NCBI GenBank assembly: GCA_964035545.1
Contig: CAXIUT010000059.1
Span: 1 to 16,166 of the forward strand
Origin: Bugula neritina
Lineage: Eukaryota > Animalia > Bryozoa
DNA length: 16,166 bases
Direction: 5' to 3'
Under the pieces are notes generated by a model. The model saw only the letters and a list, made by a program, of their open reading frames with translations. It searched no databases and was not told the origin of the DNA. The translations under genes and the position numbers were made by a program. Of the stretch, positions 10,108 to 16,166 are shown piece by piece. Position 1 is the first letter of the stretch. The number at the start of each line of letters is the position of its first letter.

Positions 10108-11064
10108 TCACATAGCACTCTTTCCTAGCCTACTTTTTTCTTTAAGAATCTTAAGCTTTTTGAGAAATTATTGATACTTTCTCAAATCATCTTATTTATC
10201 TTTTGTTGCATCTTTTAAAATGCAATCTTTCTCCTTTTCTAAATCCTTTACTCTGAACTGTAATTACTTAGAGTATTGCAGTAGTTACTCTTTAGTCTTA
10301 TTTTTTATGTCATTTTCCTTCATACTCAATGCATTTATCTTATTATACACTTCATTTTTTTAGAATTATGATTTTTCTAAAAGTTTTTTCAATTTTTCTC
10401 TTTTCTTTTTTTCTTCTTTTAACTCTTAAGCCATTAGCTTCACTTAATCTGAATCTCTATATCTAAGTTCTACCATTTATATATCTTTTTTCAATTTTTA
10501 ATTAAGAGAATTAGCTGATTTACACTTTGTTTTTAAAGATTTAAAGGCTCCTTAAAGGATATCAATTTTTTTAACCCACTAGGCAGAAATACTTAAGGAT
10601 TTATGAAGCTAGTTTTCGAAATAATCTTCTTCAGCTACTTATATTTTAGAACTTTCCATTAAATTAAGCATTTATCGAAGTTCAATAGTATTTTAGGTGA
10701 TGGTATTATCTTGAGACAGGTCTTCAAGGATAGTATTAACTCTTTAAGTGATGTCTTCAATAATTTCTTATAACCTTTTTGATTTATCTATTTCTGCTTT
10801 GAGTAATTGTAGATGGAAGTTTTAATTATTATTGTTCTGATTAGAAGTTCCTCCTTCAAAATGTTTTTGTTCAATAGTTTTTTTGAGAGTATTCTCTAAT
10901 TTTTGGACTCTTTTATTTAGAACTCTAATAGTTTTATCTTTTTCATCTAGAAGAGTAAGAAGTTCTAAAATATAGAAATAAATACTTTTTTAGTCAAGTT
11001 CTTAACTTATTATCGATCTAGAAAGATCTTTCTGCTTTGGGTCATTTAATTCATCTCCTAACAT
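10108..11064 (-). CDS. Coiled-coil protein, about 311-318 aa; possible in-frame 21-nt intron (10965-10985)
   Basis: 957 nt open from ATG11064 to TGA10108-10110. Heptad-rich: LLDEKDKTIRVLNKRVQKLENTL, ELKEEKKKREKLKKLLEK, FRVKDLEKEK. Confidence 0.75.
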
Positions 11065-11249
11065 GATGATTAATATATCACTATTAATAAAATTTTCATA
11101 AACCAATTTCCATACAACAGAAAAACCTTCAATTATTCACTTATTCCATTTTCAATTTATCTTTCTCTGACTTTGATAAATCTCTAATATTCTACAAAAA
11201 AACTTTTGCTAATCTTATCAAACAGTAATATTCAGTGAAAATATAACAA

Positions 11250-12668
11250 TCATCGTTTTTGATTTTTAAAGCTTTTGATCTTTTCTTTAATCTATTTTTG
11301 CCATAAATTGTAAGGTATCCCCTTTTCCACTAACTACTCATAAAGATAGTTCATATCTAAATGAAGAACTCTTTAGAAATTTGAAGAGTTCATTTTTTAA
11401 CATTGAACCATCTAAATATCAATAATTGTACAAGCGAAAAGAAAGCTTGATAGGGATTTATAACTGGCTCATTTTGAGGAGCTGATGACATCCTAAACTC
11501 TTATATTTATTTTACTACTTACTATGAATCAGGAGATAAATGTACTATCTCTTCTTTAGATTAAATACTTGTAATCTGAATAATTTAACTTCTATTCTCT
11601 ATATTAGATCTACCTTTATTTCTTACAAAGCTTTGTTCAAGATTCTCTTATCGTTTAGATGGTATACTTTGATTAGAGGTAATAAGTATAAGTTAATTAT
11701 CTTTTTATTTGCTTTTAACCTATTATGTTCTATTGTATTTGCTATAGTGTTATGAAATACTCAGAATATCTCTTTATTAGTAATTATTTAACTCTTGAGA
11801 ATCATTCATTTTGACTTCTTCAAATGTGTATCTATCATCATCCATCTCTTTATTAGAATTAATGTCACATCTACTTAAATTTCCATTAAACTGAGGACTA
11901 TTAAGATATAATTTATTGATATTGTTTTCATATAAACTATTACCTTTGAATTACTCTATAATTTTTTAAAGACAAAGATTAGTTTACTTTAACTATTGGT
12001 TGATAAATTCTAGCTCCTTTTTTGTTTTTATTTATTCTTGAAGTTGACTCTTTAATGCTTAAAACTGTTCTTGAGAATCATTTAAAGTTTATGATAATTG
12101 TATATTTTATTTAGTCATTTTATCTTTGATATCTTTAAGACTATTTTAATTATAATTTCTCACTTAAATTGATTTATCTTAATATGCCTCATATTTTTAA
12201 AGAAGATCATGAAGTTCTATTGATTTTAGATTTATATTTTCATTTAAAAATTATACTTTTTGATTAAGTTCTCTTATTATATTCTTAATTATTCTTTATT
12301 TACCTGCATTTCCATTCTTTATTCATTCAAATTAACCTTATAACTAACCAGCTATTCTCTTAGCTGCTAGTTATCTTATAAAATGTTCTAAATAACTTCT
12401 TGATGATATCTAATAACCATATTAGCATCAGTATTAAGAGAGTCAATAGTTGATTCTAAAGTTGATACTCTTTTATGATTTTTTTAGCCATTTTCTAAAG
12501 AGATATAGAAATACCTTTGTAGTTAGAATCTTTATTCTTTGATTGCTTTTTGTATTAATTTTATTTATGGATGTTATAAGAAAGAGGTTCATGTTCTTTG
12601 AATTTTTTAATTATCTTCGCTATTTCTTCTTACATTTCTATTTAAATTGATCGGGTAAAGTAATTCAT
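11250..12668 (-). CDS. Coiled-coil protein with a small helical C-terminal domain, 452 aa; three 20-nt introns (12495-12514, 12284-12303, 11412-11431)
   Basis: Removing three GTA..AG 20-mers gives 1359 nt = 453 codons to TGA11250-11252. The C-terminus is INPYQAFFSL^MVQC*KMNS..LYE*LVEKGIPYNLWQK*IKEKI. Confidence 0.75.
11412..11431 (-). other. Spliceosomal intron, 20 nt
   Basis: GTACAATTATTGATATTTAG. Joins AFFSL-MVQC. Confidence 0.85.
12284..12303 (-). other. Spliceosomal intron, 20 nt
   Basis: GTAAATAAAGAATAATTAAG. Joins MEMQ-NIIREL. Confidence 0.75.
12495..12514 (-). other. Spliceosomal intron, 20 nt
   Basis: GTATTTCTATATCTCTTTAG. Joins NYK-ENG. Confidence 0.8.
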
Positions 12669-12748
12669 AATAAACAGCTATAACTGATGATAAAATCAAC
12701 AAATTAAAAAATAAGATATCTTATCTATCATTTAATAATTCAATTGTT
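12669..12748. promoter_or_regulatory. Putative 80-bp bidirectional promoter region
   Basis: The only divergent gene junction, between ATG12668 (-) and ATG12749 (+). AT-rich. Inferred from gene layout only. Confidence 0.45.
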
Positions 12749-13027
12749 ATGAATATAAACTGGGATTAAGAACTAAGTGAATACTTTGTTCCAAAGTACA
12801 TAAAAAATCATGAGAAGCTGTCCGTTGGGAAATATCGAATAACAACTTTATAAGGAGACAATCTTTAATTTTAATGTTCTATTTAAGGCTATTGCTGTAG
12901 ATGTCATCATAAATCGTATTAATTGCCTAATAGCATGCTAAACGATCATAGTAAAGAGTATAAAAAAAGCTTTTCAAAAAGAATTGATTTCAAATTATAG
13001 GCTCTTCAAAATTAGGAGGAATCTTGA
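12749..13027 (+). CDS. GSKIP: GSKIP-domain (DUF727) small protein, 92 aa
   Basis: YRITTL*GDNL*F*CSI*GY...SY*LPNSMLNDHSKEYKKSFSKRIDFKL*AL matches the recalled GSKIP pattern INVETKE.N.YCLELT..G...[29 protein letters not shown]. 279 nt from ATG to TGA13025-13027. Confidence 0.8.
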
Positions 13028-13182
13028 TTTTCAAAAACTATTTTTTGTATATTTTTAAAATAACAGCCTCCTAAAAGATTATTTAAAATGATCAGAATTT
13101 ACTCTTTTTTACTATTTTATAAATTACTTTCTTTTAAATATTAAGTATAAGTTTTTTATCAGTCGATTTGATGACTTCAAAG

Positions 13183-14856
13183 ATGGGAAATTCACTTTGT
13201 CCAGACAGAAATAAAGAGAAACACTTGCCAATGTCCTCTCAAAGATCACAAAAATAAATCATTAATAGCCTATTCTTATCTTTTTCAGAGAAGATCTAAA
13301 AACATGAAAGGAATCTTGATAATTTGGAAGTCTTTAAGAAGATATAAAAAATATTGTTGAGAGATAATTAACCTTATAATCAATAAAAAGCTGACAAAAT
13401 GTTAGAAATGGCTACTTTTTGGTATTAATTATAGTTATAGCATCTCTATAGTAATACTGATGTAGTTTCAAAAGAAGTCTTAAATTTGTATAAAGGTTGG
13501 ATAGTCACTGCAAGAGTTCTACTTAAGTTTAAATAAGTATTCTACAAAATTTAAAATAGAATAAATCTAAAACATGAAGCTTATAAGGGAGTTGAAATCA
13601 TTGGAAAGTACATGCGAGAATAGGAGATATAATTTTGTTTTGGTAAGAATCCTTTTCAGAAAAAGATGGCAAGATTCTCAATGAGAAATTACACGGCTTC
13701 GAGATATTCTAAACAGTATGAGGAAAAGCCAAATACAATCAACTATTGTGAATAAATTTACAAAATAGCAAAAAAATAAGAGATCAATTTTATCATTGAA
13801 TTCTTTGATTTCTTAGCTTCAATTGGAGTAATCGAATTATCTCATCAAAAACCTTAATTTTAGAATGAATTTATGAAAAGTCTTTAAAGAATCAAGAAAA
13901 AATAACAAAGAGAACTCCTTATTAATAATTATGCATGTTAAATTTATGATATACTCAAAGAAGGATTCGACAAAAAAGATAATAAACAATTACAATCTGG
14001 ACTATCTACTTTGTTGCCTAATTATTATTTTTACAAAAATGATCTTTAAGTTAGAAGAGAAAATATGAAAATCATGAATCTTCACTAAAAATTCTAAGAC
14101 TACAAATTTTTAGAACAAGTACATGACTATATCCAATGGATGTTTCCTAATCATTATGGTTCTTCATTTAATTCAAGTAGTAAACCTCTAAATTACCTCT
14201 AATCAGAACTATTCAGTCATGACAAAGGAGTTCAGTTGGCTATGCTATTTTCAATATATCTTTTTATTGATTTTATGGGACTTGCTCTTGAACCATCTAC
14301 TTGTCAGTTCAAAATCATAAGTTAGAGAAGGTTAGCTGATGTAATACTAGTAAACTATCATAACCATTTAAGAATTATGAGACTGTTAGCTTGTATGTCG
14401 GTTATTGGATTTAGAAAAATAGCTCTTAGTCTTATTGATTTTATTGATTATCATACACAAAATGGAAGAATGTTGGCTAGAGAAAGAAGATAGTTCTAAA
14501 GTAGTTGGGAAATTTATGGAAAAAATCATGAGAAAGCCAAATAAATGTGTTTTCTTTAAAATTAAAACTTTATTGAAGAAAATGCCTTTCTTGATAACTT
14601 TTTAAACTTTGCAGCACAATTTGGAGATAAAGTTATTCTTCCTTCTCATAGAAAAAATGCTCAAGAAAAAGAAATGGAAATATAAAAGCCAAAAAAAGAA
14701 GAGCAAAAAGATTAAGAATAGAAATATATAAATAATCGAATGGAAGAGTAAAAAGTAGAAGCCAAGCTGGAGTAAAAAGATAAAGTTTAAAAGATGGAAG
14801 AATAAAAGAAGTAACATTTAAAAAATAATAAACAAATAGTTGAAGATTTTGATTGA
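13183..14856 (+). CDS. Opioid growth factor receptor (OGFr_N) domain protein, about 557 aa, with putative N-acylation signal and E/K-rich tail
   Basis: Intronless ORF (alternative ATG at 13171) to TGA14854-14856. OGFr motifs PNYYFYKN, FLEQVHDYIQWMFP, SKPLNYL*SELF, DFMGL, HNHLRIMRLLACMSVIG at about 14015-14410. N-terminus MGNSLC. Confidence 0.88.
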
Positions 14857-14899
14857 TCAATATATGATTATCTATTCGTATTTAAGAATATTAATTGAA

Positions 14900-15967
14900 T
14901 CATTTTTTTCTGAATTGATTTTTTTGTATTTCTTTTGATTTTTTCTGACAAAAAGGAATATGCTTCTAAGCTGCTTTTACATTGAATTTTCTACAACAAT
15001 ATTGACATTGTTTCATTTAATCTTGCTCAAATTGAGCCAGTTGTTGTAATTACTTAGGTACAGCTTGATTTTTACCAAGTTTAAGACCCATTCTAAGATT
15101 AGCACTATCTATTTTCCATTTAGGAATCTCATTTTTAGCTTTAGTTTTTTATTTTTCTTTTCCAAGAGTTGAAGTTGGAGGCATATTTTGTGATTAAATC
15201 TGTCTAAAAGCTGCTGAATTAAAAGCTTTTCTTTTAGATTGGAAAACTTTAAGACATACTTTTTAATGCTTTTATAAAGTTTATGGATTAAACACTCTTC
15301 CACAACCCTTTGAACATTAATGTAAAATAATTTACTTTCCTTATTAATTATAATTTTTATTAACTTCTTTCTTTACCTATATTCCATTGCTACCTGTATT
15401 TTCTTTCTACATTGCCTTTTCAAGTAAAAGCATAAAATCCACTTCTTTAGAGATCGGTTTTTCATCATGTTCATTGGTTTAATTATTGACTACTTTTAAA
15501 GGAGGATTTCTGAGAGGTTAAACTGAAGGTTTTGGAGGTTAATTTCTTTTAGTTTTATTCATAGATATTTGTTTTTAGGTTTTACTTTAAGGTTTAGATA
15601 TTTTTTTAACTTGCAGTGGTTAATTAATATTTTAGTCAACTTTCTCAAACTGACTATATGTTTTTTAACGACTCATTCCAGTTCTAGTCATCTTTTTCTT
15701 CAATAATTTCAATCCTTTTTTCGCTTGAAATATTTTACTTTATGTCATATTTATTTAAACATCATAGTTGGTTTTACTCATAGCCTTTGGTGGCATTTTT
15801 CTATTTTATGATTTTCTGTTCGATGAAATAACGTTAGTATTTGCATTTTAGAGTGTATTAGGTGTCTTACGGACTTGAGTTTGATTACTTCTATTGGATT
15901 GTGTCTGTCCATAAGCATATTTATCTGCAATAGGAAAAGAGTTACCTCTGCTGTTAGAACTTCTCAT
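14900..15967 (-). CDS. ZC2HC1/FAM164-like protein with two C2HC zinc fingers, about 355 aa; possible in-frame 21-nt intron (15925-15945)
   Basis: 1068 nt from ATG15967 to TGA14900-14902. Finger 1: CSKGCGRVFNP*TL*KH*KVCLKVFQSKRKAFNS. Linker: PKWKIDSANLR. Finger 2: CQYCCRKFNVKAA*KHIPFC. Confidence 0.85.
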
Positions 15968-16071
15968 AATACTGTTAAATTATTTAAATAATAAAGATAG
16001 TTTTGATAAAGCAATAAAGACAATTTAGATATAAGAAAGTAACTATTAATTGTATGAATCATATAAATGGT

Positions 16072-16166
16072 TTGGGGTTGGGGTTGGGGTTGGGGTTGGG
16101 GTTGGGGTTGGGGTTGGGGTTGGGGTTGGGGTTGGGGTTGGGGTTGGGGTTGGGGTTGGGGTTGGG
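16072..16166 (+). repeat. Right telomere, (TTGGGG)n
   Basis: Tandem TTGGGG to the last base, the reverse complement of the left telomere. The junction reads GGTTTGGGG from 16069. Confidence 0.99.

Noticed and set aside
11742-11760. Candidate 19-nt intron GTATTTCATAACACTATAG
   Set aside because: The unspliced frame is open and leads directly into the C-terminal domain, whereas splicing would shift out of that frame.
1531-15303. Supplied short ORFs as independent small genes
   Set aside because: They were computed with TAA/TAG as stops. Some are fragments of the transporter genes (1658-1903, 2460-2648 in part, 2907-3131, 3159-3365). The others are off-frame or antisense shadows of real genes (for example 11540-11755, 14602-14860, 15109-15303).
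15405-15470. DEKPI...FMLLLEKAM resembling the SAS-4/CPAP tubulin-binding motif
   Set aside because: The match is too short, and there is no downstream FLKRG motif or TCP domain. The protein is better explained as ZC2HC1-like.
152-15967. Split code with TAA and TAG encoding different amino acids
   Set aside because: Both codons align mainly to E/D and each has a minority Gln match. I see no Lys signal for TAA. The sample is small, so it is not excluded genome-wide.
83-16071. tRNA, rRNA or mobile element genes
   Set aside because: All spacers are 185 bp or shorter and very AT-rich. I saw no cloverleaf, rRNA-like segment or transposase motif.

Overview
This is not prokaryotic DNA. It is a complete, telomere-to-telomere ciliate macronuclear minichromosome of 16.2 kb, with (CCCCAA)n at the left end and (TTGGGG)n at the right. 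The supplied ORF track is fragmented because TAA and TAG are sense codons here and TGA is the only stop. Hand translation gives 13 tightly packed genes spanning about 91% of the molecule: a secreted histidine acid phosphatase, two tandem acetyl-CoA transporter (SLC33A1/AT-1-like) paralogs, a C2 plus coiled-coil protein, six hypothetical or coiled-coil proteins, a GSKIP-domain protein, an OGFr-domain protein and a ZC2HC1-like double zinc-finger protein. At recognisably conserved positions TAA/TAG align mostly to Glu (or Asp), not the Gln of Tetrahymena and Paramecium. This points to a UAR=Glu code (peritrich-type, NCBI table 30), although three TAR sites in one paralog align to Gln. Introns are tiny, and 7 of the 9 frame-supported introns are exactly 20 nt. 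Several 1-nt frame breaks sit in A-runs and are probably long-read errors. All family assignments come from motifs recalled from memory, not from database searches. In quoted translations * means TAA/TAG.
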